Positions 8,509 to 18,051 of a DNA stretch of 38,514 nucleotides are shown here, one piece after another. The notes under the pieces were generated by a model. That model was given only the letters and a program-made list of their open reading frames with translations. It searched no databases and had not been told where the DNA came from. The stretch's first letter is position 1. The number at the start of each line of letters is the position of its first letter. A program made the translations under genes and the position numbers. Origin of the DNA: Mycoplasmatota bacterium (GTDB lineage Bacteria > Bacillota_I > Bacilli_A > Izemoplasmatales > Izemoplasmataceae); assembly GCA_030636545.1 (NCBI GenBank), contig DAOVWR010000001.1:1-38514 (forward strand), written 5' to 3'.

Positions 8509-9802
8509 ATTGTGTGATTATTTCTAAGATAATTGATTTCTTTTCTACTTTTTCTTTTGTTACTACGAAAGCTTCTAATACTTCATCTAAGATGTTCTCA
8601 ATGTTATCCTTATTATTGTAAAGAAGTGCTAAAATCTCACCTTTTTCTACTTTATCTCCAACTTTTTTCTTTAAGATAATTCCCACATCAGGATCGATTG
8701 GGTCTTCTTTAGTTTCACGTCCTGCACCTAACTTCATTGCGCCAATTCCGATTGCTAAAGCATCAATTTTTTCAATATATCCTGATTCTGTCGATTTAAC
8801 TTCTAAGATTTCTTTAACATTGATAAATGTATCTAGGTTTTCGATTACTCCACCTTGATATTTTATTAATTCCATTTGTTTATCATAAGCTTCATTATTA
8901 TTTAATTTTTCTAAGATTAATTCTTTTGCTTCTTCTAAAGTTTTTGTAATTCCACCACTGTATACCATATAACTACCAATTTCAACACAAAGCTCAGTTA
9001 AATCAGCTGGTCCATTTCCTTGCAGTGTTTCAATTGCTTCTTTAACTTCTAATCTATTTCCAACTGTAAAGCCTAACGGTTGTGACATATCAGTAATAAA
9101 AGCAACTACTTTCTTTCCAAATGAAGCACCAATATTGACCATTATTTTAGATAATTCACGAGCATCTTCAATTGTCTTCATGAAGGCACCTTCACCAATT
9201 TTGACATCTAAAACAATAACATCACTACCACTAGCTAATTTTTTACTCATAATACTTGAAGCAATTAAGGGAATGCTTGGTACAGTAGCTGTTACATCTC
9301 TTAGAGCATATAACAATTTATCAGCTGGTGTAATTTTTGCAGTTTGTCCAGCGACAGCAATTCCAATATCATTTACTTGTTTGATAAAGTCATCAATTTC
9401 TATATTAATAGACATACCTTCAATACTTTCAAGTTTATCTAATGTTCCACCAGTATGTCCTAATCCTCTACCGCTAAGTTTTGCAACTTTTGCACCACAG
9501 CTAGCTACTAAAGGTCCTAATACTAATGTTGTTTTGTCGCCTACTCCACCTGTAGAATGTTTGTCTACTTTAATGCCATCAATACTACTTAGATCAATTG
9601 TTTCACCACTATTTAAGATAGCTTCAGTAAATGCACTACTTTCTTCATTTGTCATTCCTCTGAAGAAAATAGCCATTAATAAACTACTCATTTGATAATC
9701 TGGAATACTTTTATTTACGTAATTCTCAATGATAAAATTAATTTCTTCTTTTGTAAGAACAAATCCATCTCTTTTCTTTTCAATAAGGTCAACCATTCTC
9801 AT
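8507..9802 (-). CDS. pdp: Pyrimidine-nucleoside phosphorylase
   Basis: The track ORF starts at 9811, but that ATG abuts SD aaggag. The ATG at 9802 (MRMVDLIEKK...) has 9-nt spacing. KHSTGGVGDK and SGRGLGHTGGTLDKLE motifs are present. Confidence 0.92.
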   Translation of the reverse strand: MRMVDLIEKKRDGFVLTKEEINFIIENYVNKSIPDYQMSSLLMAIFFRGMTNEESSAFTEAILNSGETIDLSSIDGIKVDKHSTGGVGDKTTLVLGPLVASCGAKVAKLSGRGLGHTGGTLDKLESIEGMSINIEIDDFIKQVNDIGIAVAGQTAKITPADKLLYALRDVTATVPSIPLIASSIMSKKLASGSDVIVLDVKIGEGAFMKTIEDARELSKIMVNIGASFGKKVVAFITDMSQPLGFTVGNRLEVKEAIETLQGNGPADLTELCVEIGSYMVYSGGITKTLEEAKELILEKLNNNEAYDKQMELIKYQGGVIENLDTFINVKEILEVKSTESGYIEKIDALAIGIGAMKLGAGRETKEDPIDPDVGIILKKKVGDKVEKGEILALLYNNKDNIENILDEVLEAFVVTKEKVEKKSIILEIITQ

Positions 9803-9841
9803 ATATTTCATCTCCTTGTTTTTAATTATACCATAAGTATA

Positions 9842-10696
9842 TTATTTCTTTTTGCGATATTTCTCTTCAAAATCATCTAGTTGAATTTGAATTATTCCTT
9901 TTACTTTTTTAGCTAAATCTTGACTACTTAATTCATGATAATCATCATATTTTAATAGTTCGTGAATATGAACATAAACTTTTTGTCTTCTAAAAGGATA
10001 ATCTTTTAAAATGTTACTAAAATTATAGATAGTAGCAATTAGAATATCAGCCTTAGGTTTTATAGCTAACTTAAAAGCACCAGGCTTAAAGTTTATTAAT
10101 TCATTTCCAAAAGATCTTCGACCTTCTGGGAATATCCCCATAGTCATTCCTGCTTTAACTTGTCTGATACCTTTTACAATTGTTTCAGCTGCGCTTCTAT
10201 CAGCAAATCTTGAAATTGGAATATTACCAAGCAATATAATCCATTTACCAATAACAGGTACGTTAATTAAAGATTCTTTAGCGATAAAACTTATATTATT
10301 TCGTTTAAATATAGGTTTTAAAACGATAATGTCGTAATTTTCCTGATGATTACCAATTAACACAAATTTCTCACTAGGAATATTTTCTTTTCCGGTAGTT
10401 ATAACTTTAACTCTTAAGATATGTAAAGTTAGATTAAGCCATGAATTAGCAAAGCGATGATTGAAGTTGCTTTCAAATTTTGTATCTTTTCTAATGCTTC
10501 CAACTAAACTAAGTAATCCTAGTTGAATAGCAAAAGAGAATATTACTCCTAGTAATAAGCTTACAAAACCAAGCAAATAAAAGCTTAATTCATTAAAACT
10601 ATTAAAATCTAATCCAAATAACATTCCAAATAAGAATGTGATAAGTGCCCAAAGTAAATAAAAACTTAAGATATACATTTTATCGTATCCTTTCAT
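9842..10696 (-). CDS. plsC: 1-acyl-sn-glycerol-3-phosphate acyltransferase with N-terminal two-TM anchor
   Basis: 284-aa ORF with the HX4D motif GNHQENYD and FPEGRR. The start is ambiguous: ATG 10696 overlaps the folA 3' end, and ATG 10678 lies 1 nt after the folA stop. Confidence 0.8.
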   Translation of the reverse strand: MKGYDKMYILSFYLLWALITFLFGMLFGLDFNSFNELSFYLLGFVSLLLGVIFSFAIQLGLLSLVGSIRKDTKFESNFNHRFANSWLNLTLHILRVKVITTGKENIPSEKFVLIGNHQENYDIIVLKPIFKRNNISFIAKESLINVPVIGKWIILLGNIPISRFADRSAAETIVKGIRQVKAGMTMGIFPEGRRSFGNELINFKPGAFKLAIKPKADILIATIYNFSNILKDYPFRRQKVYVHIHELLKYDDYHELSSQDLAKKVKGIIQIQLDDFEEKYRKKK

Positions 10697-11153
10697 AAAT
10701 CGAGAAGGTTAGTTCTCCACTTATTCTTTCGCTAACTTTATTATATTTAGAATAATCAATAGTTTTAAAGAAAACATCACCTTCGAAATCTTTATCTATA
10801 TGTGTAATGTATAATCTATCAGCTAAATCAAGTGTAAGATCATATATTATCTTTCCACCGATGATGAATATTTCTTCATCTTCTGGAAAATTCTTTAAAT
10901 ATGAAATAATGTCATTGGTTTTTTCAACACCATCATATTCATAGTTAGTTAAAGATGCAATAACATTTTTTCTACCAACAAGTGGTTTATTTAAATAAGA
11001 TATAATTGATTTAAAAGTCATCTCACCCATAATGACAGTATTATTCATCGTCATTTCTTTAAAATACTGCATATCTTCTTTATAATGCCAAGGTAGTTTG
11101 TTACCTTTTCCAATGACGTTGTTGTTAGCTATCGCAACAATTAAACTAATCAT
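10680..11153 (-). CDS. folA: Dihydrofolate reductase
   Basis: 157-aa [26 protein letters not shown] is a typical DHFR N-terminus. The start overlaps the thyA stop (TAATG). Confidence 0.9.
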   Translation of the reverse strand: MISLIVAIANNNVIGKGNKLPWHYKEDMQYFKEMTMNNTVIMGEMTFKSIISYLNKPLVGRKNVIASLTNYEYDGVEKTNDIISYLKNFPEDEEIFIIGGKIIYDLTLDLADRLYITHIDKDFEGDVFFKTIDYSKYNKVSERISGELTFSIYERIR

Positions 11154-12034
11154 TAGACACTTACCTTACCTTTAATAGGGGGATGAGGTTGATAATTTGA
11201 TAATTTAAAATCCTCATATTTAAAATTTTCAATATTTTTAATATCTTTATTTAGAGTCATTGTTGGTAATGCTTTAGGTAATCTTCTCAATTGCAGCTTG
11301 ATTTGTTCTAAATGATTATTATAGATGTGTGCATCACCTAATGTATGGATAAATTCTCCTGGTTCTAGGTTAGTTACTTGAGCTACCATTAATGTTAATA
11401 AAGCATAACTTGCAATATTGAATGGTACACCTAAAAAGGAATCAGCACTGCGTTGGTAAAGTAAACAACTTAGTTTATTGTTATTCACATAAAAGTGAAA
11501 CATCATATGACATGGCGGTAAAGCCATCTCAGGAACTAGTGGAGGATTCCACGAGTTAATGATTAATCTTCTTGAATAGGGATTATTTTTGATATCTTTT
11601 ATAACCTCAGATAATTGGTCAACATATTTTCCTTCAGGACCTTCAAAATGGCGCCATTGTCTTCCGTAAACAGGACCTAAATTACCATGCTTTTTCGCAA
11701 ATGCATCATCAGTTTTGATTTTTTCAACAAACTCTTCCAGCGTTTCACGATTATAATTAGCCGTTTTTTGAAAATTACGATAAGGCCATTCATTCCATAT
11801 TCTGACGTTGTTGTCGACTAAGTATTTTATATTAGTTTCACCTTTAATAAACCAAAGTAGTTCATGAATAATTGACTTCAAATGAACTTTTTTAGTAGTT
11901 ACTAAAGGAAATCCGTCAGCTAAATCAAATCTCATTTGGTATCCAAAAGTACTTATTGTTCCTGTCCCTGTACGGTCTTCTTTTTTGGATCCTCTATCTA
12001 AAATGTGATGTAATAAATCAAGATATTGTTTCAT
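11153..12034 (-). CDS. thyA: Thymidylate synthase (ThyA type)
   Basis: 293-aa ORF with DRTGTGT, LPPCH and [21 protein letters not shown] motifs. Confidence 0.96.
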   Translation of the reverse strand: MKQYLDLLHHILDRGSKKEDRTGTGTISTFGYQMRFDLADGFPLVTTKKVHLKSIIHELLWFIKGETNIKYLVDNNVRIWNEWPYRNFQKTANYNRETLEEFVEKIKTDDAFAKKHGNLGPVYGRQWRHFEGPEGKYVDQLSEVIKDIKNNPYSRRLIINSWNPPLVPEMALPPCHMMFHFYVNNNKLSCLLYQRSADSFLGVPFNIASYALLTLMVAQVTNLEPGEFIHTLGDAHIYNNHLEQIKLQLRRLPKALPTMTLNKDIKNIENFKYEDFKLSNYQPHPPIKGKVSV

Positions 12035-12098
12035 AGGAATCAGTCCTCTCGTATAATAAGTAATTATTCAGTTTTTTTGTGAAAATATCGACTATAAT

Positions 12099-12127
12099 AT
12101 TATACCAAAGTATCGTATATATTGAAA
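12099..12127 (-). promoter_or_regulatory. Promoter of the thyA-folA-plsC operon
   Basis: Minus strand TTTCAA - 17 nt - TATAAT, with a TGG immediately preceding the -10 box. Confidence 0.5.
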
Positions 12128-12150
12128 GAAACAAAAGAAATTAACAGGAA

Positions 12151-12176
12151 AAAAAGTGCAAAATGCACTTTTTTTA
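12151..12176 (-). terminator. Intrinsic terminator after ssb (palindromic, could act in both directions)
   Basis: aaaaagtgcaaaatgcacttttttt: the GUGCA/UGCAC stem is extended by A/U pairs and followed by a U-run on the minus strand. Confidence 0.7.
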
Positions 12177-12200
12177 ATAATATTATATCTGGGGATAATA

Positions 12201-12533
12201 TTATTTATCATTTTTAGTATTTATGAAAGTGATTTTTTCAGCGATGATCTCTGGATAAGAAAACGATTTACCATCTTCATATTCATAGTATTTTTGAGCT
12301 AATCTTGCTTTAACTCCTACTGTAGAGCCTTTTTTACAATATTCTACTGTATTTTCAGCAATGCCACTCCATAAAGTGCATTTCAGAAAATCAGTATCAT
12401 ACTCACCACTTTCAGAATTTTTAAATCCTCTTTGAATAGCTAGTGTTATAGTTGTTACATTGCGACCATCTTCAAGAGTTCTTAATTCTGGATCATAAAC
12501 TAAACGACCTACTAAGATAACTTGGTTTAACAT
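12201..12533 (-). CDS. ssb: Single-stranded DNA-binding protein, short form without acidic C-terminal tail
   Basis: 110-aa ORF. MLNQVILVGRLVYDPELRTLEDGRNVTTITLAIQR is a canonical OB-fold SSB N-terminus. It ends ...KITFINTKNDK with no Gly/Gln-rich linker or DDDIPF-type tip. SD aaaggagg. Confidence 0.85.
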   Translation of the reverse strand: MLNQVILVGRLVYDPELRTLEDGRNVTTITLAIQRGFKNSESGEYDTDFLKCTLWSGIAENTVEYCKKGSTVGVKARLAQKYYEYEDGKSFSYPEIIAEKITFINTKNDK

Positions 12534-12704
12534 AGAACCTCCTTTTTCATTAGTATAGCTAAATTATTCAGAATAGTTTACTTGTGATTTGTAGGCTATA
12601 TGTTCTGGAAAATCACTATTTGCTAAAACAAAGCTACATTAGAGAGAAAATGTATGGATAGCAACTATTATTATCTTTATTTTTATAAAATATTAACATT
12701 TTAG

Positions 12705-12733
12705 CAAAAAAAAAGAACTTTTCAGTTCTCTTT
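12705..12733 (-). terminator. Weak candidate terminator after lemA
   Basis: Minus strand AGAAC-UGAAAA-GUUCU followed by a run of 9 U. The stem is only 5 bp. Confidence 0.4.
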
Positions 12734-13297
12734 TTAGAAACTAATTTCAACGTCTTCTCTTTTTGAACTTTCTGCTTCAAAGAATTCTTTTTTATCAACA
12801 TGAACCATTCCAGCAACAATACTAGTTGGGAAAGTTACGATCATTGAGTTAATTCTTGAAACATTAGAGTTGTAAATTCTTCTTGCTGCTTGAAGATGTT
12901 CTTCAACATCAGAAATCGAGTTCATTAGATTAGAAAACACTTTTTCTGCTTTCAATTCAGGATAAGCTTCCACTGCAACATTAATTCCAGCTTGGACTCC
13001 ATCCATTTTACCCATAAACTCTTGTTTTTCTTGTAAAGTCAATTTTTTAGGTAATCCTTGACGCCATTTAGTAACATTTTCAAATGTTTCTGATTCGTGT
13101 TTTGCGTAACCTTTTACTGAGTTAACAAGTTTTGATAGTACATCAAAACGTTTTGTTAAAGCTACATCAATTCCTGATTCAGCTTCCTCTACTTTAACTT
13201 CTAATTGTCTTAAACTGTTCATTGTCCCTATGTACCACATAAGTGGACCAATTATTAAAACGACAGCGACGATTGCAATAATTAAACCTGTACTCAT
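12734..13297 (-). CDS. lemA: LemA family membrane protein
   Basis: 187-aa ORF with an N-terminal TM helix followed by YNSLRQLEVKVEEAESGIDVALTKRFDVL... and ARRIYN, typical of LemA (PF04011). Confidence 0.9.
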   Translation of the reverse strand: MSTGLIIAIVAVVLIIGPLMWYIGTMNSLRQLEVKVEEAESGIDVALTKRFDVLSKLVNSVKGYAKHESETFENVTKWRQGLPKKLTLQEKQEFMGKMDGVQAGINVAVEAYPELKAEKVFSNLMNSISDVEEHLQAARRIYNSNVSRINSMIVTFPTSIVAGMVHVDKKEFFEAESSKREDVEISF

Positions 13298-13302
13298 CTA
13301 AT

Positions 13303-14172
13303 TCACTCCTTTTTAAATATATCGTTATTTAATCTTAATTCTTTTACTATTTCCTGAATTACAAATAATTCTCTTTTGAATTCACTAAATGTTTCTTCGT
13401 TTAGTACTCGAAACATTTTCAATTCAAAGGTATCTCTAAAGTTATTTATACCTATATAAAGATATTTACCTATAAATGAAAAACTGATTTTACCTTTGTT
13501 ATTTTTTTCAAAGTCTCTTAATGCTTCCATTAAGTGAGGTGTTAAAACATAAAATGCAGTATGCTCACTAGTACTATATGTTTTAAATTTCTTGTTAAAA
13601 TCAACACTTTCAAGTTTTATCTTTTTATATTTTCTTTTTATAGTAGGTTTAGATTTTTCTAATACTTGTAAGTAACCATCAAATGATTTGTTAAATTCAA
13701 ATCTAAAGACTCTTCCAAGAAAATAAGTTACATAAGTAGTTCTTGTCCCATTTTCTGTATGTTCAACATGTCTTTCTTGGAGTTTAACATCACTTGAAAC
13801 AAAAGATACTCCATCCATTTTTCCAGCTAAATAATCTTCACTTTGAAAGATATCAGCTCTTTTTAAGAATTCTGTGTTGTAGACAACTGTTTGTGACAAT
13901 CCTTTTAATGGATCAAATACTCCATCTTCTACAAAGGTTACAACAACATCATGTAATACTTCTGATTTAAAGTTCTTCTTAATTCCTGAGAACTTTGCAA
14001 AGCCAATTCCTATAAGTACAAGACCAGGTAAGCCTAATATAAGTCCATAAGGACCATACTCAATTAGTAAAACAAATAAGATTAGTCCAAGTACTAACAA
14101 AATTCCACCAATTACTACATTCTTTTCACTTTTTTTCTTTAATAATTGAAACTTTAGTAGTTTTTCTTCCAT
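13303..14172 (-). CDS. DUF3137-like membrane protein (two N-terminal TM helices plus soluble domain)
   Basis: 289-aa ORF ending 5 nt upstream of lemA. FLGRVFRFEFNKSF and FNKKFKTYSTSEHTAFYVLTPHLMEAL resemble the DUF3137 family that commonly partners LemA. Family assignment is from memory. Confidence 0.65.
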   Translation of the reverse strand: MEEKLLKFQLLKKKSEKNVVIGGILLVLGLILFVLLIEYGPYGLILGLPGLVLIGIGFAKFSGIKKNFKSEVLHDVVVTFVEDGVFDPLKGLSQTVVYNTEFLKRADIFQSEDYLAGKMDGVSFVSSDVKLQERHVEHTENGTRTTYVTYFLGRVFRFEFNKSFDGYLQVLEKSKPTIKRKYKKIKLESVDFNKKFKTYSTSEHTAFYVLTPHLMEALRDFEKNNKGKISFSFIGKYLYIGINNFRDTFELKMFRVLNEETFSEFKRELFVIQEIVKELRLNNDIFKKE

Positions 14173-14223
14173 ATCTTGCCTCCTGTAGTATATTTTACAT
14201 CAAAATCGGTAAAAAACAAACAC

Positions 14224-15714
14224 TTATTTGAACGCTCTTGTCGCACTAACTGCCTTTTGCCAGTTAGAATAAAGAGTATTCCTTTCATCTTTACCCATCT
14301 TAGGAGTAAAGTGTTTATCTTGAATTACAATATTTTCTAATTCAGCTATACTTTTATATAGTCCAGTAGCTAATCCACTAATAAATGCTGCCCCTAAGGC
14401 AGTTGATTCATTAATCTTTGGTCGACTAATTTGGATATTTAAAATATCACTTTGAAATTGCATTAAAAAGTCATTTGCTGAAGCTCCACCATCGACTTTT
14501 AAGATTTTAGGAGTAATTTGTGATTCGAGTGCCATAATATCGATGACATCTTTTGTTTGGTAAGCCAGTGATTCTAGTGTGGCTCTTGTAATGTGAGCTG
14601 TTGTTGTGCCTCTTGTTAGACCAAATATTGCTCCTTTAGCTTCTGTATCCCAGTAAGGCGTACCAAGTCCTACAAATGCAGGGACAACATAAACACCATA
14701 ATTACTGTCAACACTTTTAGCGAGTTCTTCAGAAAAAGCTGCTTCATTAAAGAAGTTTAAGGAATCTCTTAGCCATTGAATTGCACTCCCAGCAACAAAC
14801 ACGCTACCTTCAAGGGCATAAGTAATAACACCATCAATAGAATAAGCAATAGTTGTCAAGAGACCATTTTGTGATAATGTTGGAGTAAGTCCAATATTCA
14901 TAAGCATGAAACATCCGGTACCGTAAGTGTTCTTAATTGCACCTTTTTCTAAACATAGTTGACCAAATAAAGCTGCTTGTTGATCGCCTAAAATACCTGC
15001 GATAGGGATTTCTACACCAAGAAATGCTTGTCTTGCAGTTGTCCCAAAGATACTGTTTGAATCACATACTTCCGGTAAAATAGTTTTATCAATCCCGAGA
15101 ATATCTAGAAGTTCATTATCCCATTTCTTTTCAAATATATTATATAGAAGTGTTCTTGAAGCATTGGTATGGTCAGTTTTATGAACTTTATTACCTGTTA
15201 GTTTATATAAAAGCCAAGTATCTACTGTCCCAAACATTAAGTTACCATCAGCCATTAGTTCTTTAGCAATAGGAACATTATCAAGAATCCATTTTATTTT
15301 TGTTCCGGAAAAATAAGGATCAATTAAGAGTCCTGTCTTTTCTTTAAAGATATTTTCAAGATTACGTTCTTTTAAGTCGTCACAAATATAATTACTTTGT
15401 TTAGATTGCCAGACAATAGCTTTATAAATTGCATTTCCATCTCTTCTATCCCAAAGAATTGTTGTTTCACGTTGGTTAGTTATTCCAATACTTCCAATCT
15501 CTTCAGGAAGTATTTCAGCAATGGCAATACATTCAGCAAGTGTTGATAAAACTGATGTCCAAATATCTTCTGCGTCTTGTTCAACATAGTCTGCTTTTTG
15601 GTAAATCATTTTAAGTTCTTTTTGGCTAGAACTAATAATTTCTCCTTTTTTATTAAAAAGAATCGCTCTTGAAGATGTTGTTCCTTGATCAATTGCAATA
15701 ATATATTCTTTCAA
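14224..15714 (-). CDS. glpK: Glycerol kinase
   Basis: The track start (GTG 15723) lies inside SD agaggtgg. TTG at 15714 gives MKEYIIAIDQGTTSSRA, the canonical GlpK N-terminus. Full-length FGGY kinase. Confidence 0.95.
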   Translation of the reverse strand: MKEYIIAIDQGTTSSRAILFNKKGEIISSSQKELKMIYQKADYVEQDAEDIWTSVLSTLAECIAIAEILPEEIGSIGITNQRETTILWDRRDGNAIYKAIVWQSKQSNYICDDLKERNLENIFKEKTGLLIDPYFSGTKIKWILDNVPIAKELMADGNLMFGTVDTWLLYKLTGNKVHKTDHTNASRTLLYNIFEKKWDNELLDILGIDKTILPEVCDSNSIFGTTARQAFLGVEIPIAGILGDQQAALFGQLCLEKGAIKNTYGTGCFMLMNIGLTPTLSQNGLLTTIAYSIDGVITYALEGSVFVAGSAIQWLRDSLNFFNEAAFSEELAKSVDSNYGVYVVPAFVGLGTPYWDTEAKGAIFGLTRGTTTAHITRATLESLAYQTKDVIDIMALESQITPKILKVDGGASANDFLMQFQSDILNIQISRPKINESTALGAAFISGLATGLYKSIAELENIVIQDKHFTPKMGKDERNTLYSNWQKAVSATRAFK

Positions 15715-15813
15715 TAAGACCACCTCTTACTCTCTATTTTATCAAAATATTTTAGATTTTGAAAAGTTATTTATAAATTTCTATGATATAATTATTCTTA
15801 AGCAGGTGATAGG

Positions 15814-16743
15814 ATGGTAAAAGAATTCAAACTAATGGATCCTTTTGAGAATGAAATTCATACATATTTATGGACCACCGAAAATACAAGACCAAAGGGT
15901 ATAGTACAAATCATCCATGGAGCTAGCGAACATGTTGGAAGATATAAAGAATTTGCTCTATACCTTAATTCACTAGGGTTTCATGTGATTGGTAATGATC
16001 ATTTAGGTCATGGTAAAACTGATCCTGAATGTGAATCAATTTATTTTTCTGACAGTATCGGATTTCATAAAATATATGAAGGTGTTAAAACTGTAAGAGA
16101 TTATATTGAAGAACATTATCAAAAAATACCAGTTATTATGTTTGCACATTCAATGGGATCTTTTATTGGTAGATATGTTATTTTATATGACAATAAAAGA
16201 TATGATGAAGCGATTTTTTCAGGTACTGGATGGTTTAAGCCCATAAAAATTTATTTTTCAATTGGAATTGTTAAATTAATAGTACGATTTAAAGGTCCAA
16301 AGTTTGTAAGTAAATTCTTTAACAATAAGATAGCTGATGGGGCTGTACGTTCAATGCGACGAAATGGAATTATTAATAAAAGAATTGAATGGATTTCAAG
16401 TCTTGAATCTGTTCAAAGAGAATTTGAAGCTGACGAATTATGTGGAAAACCATTTACTATAGGAGCACATCTCGATTTATTACGTTTTATTCTTGAAATT
16501 CAAGATAAGAAAAAGATAAAAGATAATGCATCTAATATGGCAATCTATTTTATAAGTGGAGACCTTGATGGATTAGGACATTATGGTGAAGTAGTTAAGA
16601 CGTTATATAAATATTTTAAGGATTCTGGATATTCTCGAGTCAAATATACTGTCTTAAATAACTGTCGTCATGAAATACTTAATGAAGTAGAAAAAGAAAG
16701 TACTTTTCGCCGTTTAGGGGATTGGATTAAACTTAATTTATAA
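15814..16743 (+). CDS. Alpha/beta hydrolase, lysophospholipase/monoacylglycerol-lipase-like
   Basis: 309-aa ORF with HGASEHVGRY...DHLGHGKT, nucleophile elbow AHSMGS and C-terminal catalytic His (NCRHEILNE). Divergent from glpK. Confidence 0.8.
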   Translation: MVKEFKLMDPFENEIHTYLWTTENTRPKGIVQIIHGASEHVGRYKEFALYLNSLGFHVIGNDHLGHGKTDPECESIYFSDSIGFHKIYEGVKTVRDYIEEHYQKIPVIMFAHSMGSFIGRYVILYDNKRYDEAIFSGTGWFKPIKIYFSIGIVKLIVRFKGPKFVSKFFNNKIADGAVRSMRRNGIINKRIEWISSLESVQREFEADELCGKPFTIGAHLDLLRFILEIQDKKKIKDNASNMAIYFISGDLDGLGHYGEVVKTLYKYFKDSGYSRVKYTVLNNCRHEILNEVEKESTFRRLGDWIKLNL

Positions 16744-16746
16744 AGA

Positions 16747-16771
16747 AAATGACGCGTATTAGCGTCATTTT
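16747..16771. terminator. Bidirectional terminator between the hydrolase gene and the convergent M16 peptidase gene
   Basis: aaaatgacgc-gtatta-gcgtcatttt: a perfect 9-10-bp stem flanked by A and T runs. It overlaps the TGA stop at 16765-16767. Confidence 0.8.
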
Positions 16772-18051
16772 TTAATTGGATAAGCAGTAATTGTACTAAA
16801 TTTTCTTGGATCAGTGAGATTCTCTTTCATTTTATGGATATCTTCTATAGTAATCGAGTTAGCAATATCTAATATATTGAATAATGATGAATTAACATAA
16901 TAATACTTTGTAAATTGATTAGCAATATACTCCAAACTATTTAAGGCTTGAATGAATCCTCCAATGATTTGTTTTTTGATTCTTGAAAAATCTTTGTCAT
17001 TAATTATAAAGGCATTAAGATTAATAAAAATATCTTTCAAAGTACTGTCTAATTCTTTTGGAGAATATGTTTCGCTACCTACTAAAAAGTAGCCATAGCT
17101 TTCTTCAAAAGTAATATCAATTCCGAAACTATCATTAATCAGTCCACCTTGAAGTAATTTCCTATAATTAGAAGAACTTTTACCAAGTAGCAAATCAATT
17201 AATACAGCCATAATCAACTCTTTTTTCATAATATCTTCTGTTGAATTATTTGTTGGTAGTTGTTTAATAGCAAGTAAGTAATTTGGGATCGTAATTTCTT
17301 GTTTTAAAGATTGCTCTTTTTGGTGAACAAATTCACTTTGAAGAGGAATGGCGTTAACACTTGTATATTCATCTGAAAAACTTACTTCACCTTGATTTTC
17401 TTTTATAAATTTCATTAGTTCTTCAGGATTAAAATTACCAGTAATGAATAATATCATATTTTTAGGATTATAAAATGTTTGATGAGTTTTCTTTAATATA
17501 TCAACATTTATTTTTTTGATTGTTTCTTCAGTACCTAAAATATCATACCTTACTGGATGTGTATCATATAGATTTTTTAATAAACTCATATACGCAACTG
17601 TGCCAGGATCATCTTGATACATTTTTATTTCTTGAGTAATAATCCCTTTTTCTTTTTCTACACCTTCATCTGTGAATAAAGGATATTGAACAAAATTTAA
17701 TAATAATTCAATATTCTTTTTTAGATTATCAGTGCAAGAGAATATATATGTTGTACGGTTGTTTTGAGTAAAAGCGTTCACTCTAGCTTGATTAGCCGCA
17801 AACTTAGTCGAAACATCTTCACCATTTTGTTCGAATAATTTATGTTCGAGAAAATGGGCTATACCCATGGGTAAATCTAACTCATTACCAACACTATCTT
17901 TAATTCTTGTAGCAATTGATCCTAAGTTAGTTGAAAATGTTGCGTATGATTTATGAAATCCCAGTTTTGGTAATAGGAACACATTAAGCCCGTTGTCTAA
18001 TGTTTCTGTATAAAGTACTTCTTTAATTTTAGGATAGTCTCTTTTATTCAT
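16765..18051 (-). CDS. M16-family zinc peptidase, catalytic subunit (YmfH-like)
   Basis: Contains the inverted zincin motif HFLEH (GIAHFLEHKLFE). The track start 18060 abuts SD aaggg, while ATG 18051 has 9-nt spacing. It overlaps the upstream partner gene. Confidence 0.85.
   Translation of the reverse strand: MNKRDYPKIKEVLYTETLDNGLNVFLLPKLGFHKSYATFSTNLGSIATRIKDSVGNELDLPMGIAHFLEHKLFEQNGEDVSTKFAANQARVNAFTQNNRTTYIFSCTDNLKKNIELLLNFVQYPLFTDEGVEKEKGIITQEIKMYQDDPGTVAYMSLLKNLYDTHPVRYDILGTEETIKKINVDILKKTHQTFYNPKNMILFITGNFNPEELMKFIKENQGEVSFSDEYTSVNAIPLQSEFVHQKEQSLKQEITIPNYLLAIKQLPTNNSTEDIMKKELIMAVLIDLLLGKSSSNYRKLLQGGLINDSFGIDITFEESYGYFLVGSETYSPKELDSTLKDIFINLNAFIINDKDFSRIKKQIIGGFIQALNSLEYIANQFTKYYYVNSSLFNILDIANSITIEDIHKMKENLTDPRKFSTITAYPIKK

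Noticed and set aside
9135-9880. 186-aa and 62-aa plus-strand ORFs (9135..9695, 9692..9880)
   Set aside because: Antisense to pdp and to the plsC 3' end. The Ser/Leu/Ile-rich translation is typical of the reverse frame of a real gene. No SD.
12634-12819. 61-aa minus-strand ORF
   Set aside because: Overlaps the 3' end of lemA in another frame and spans its terminator and the intergenic A/T runs. No SD.
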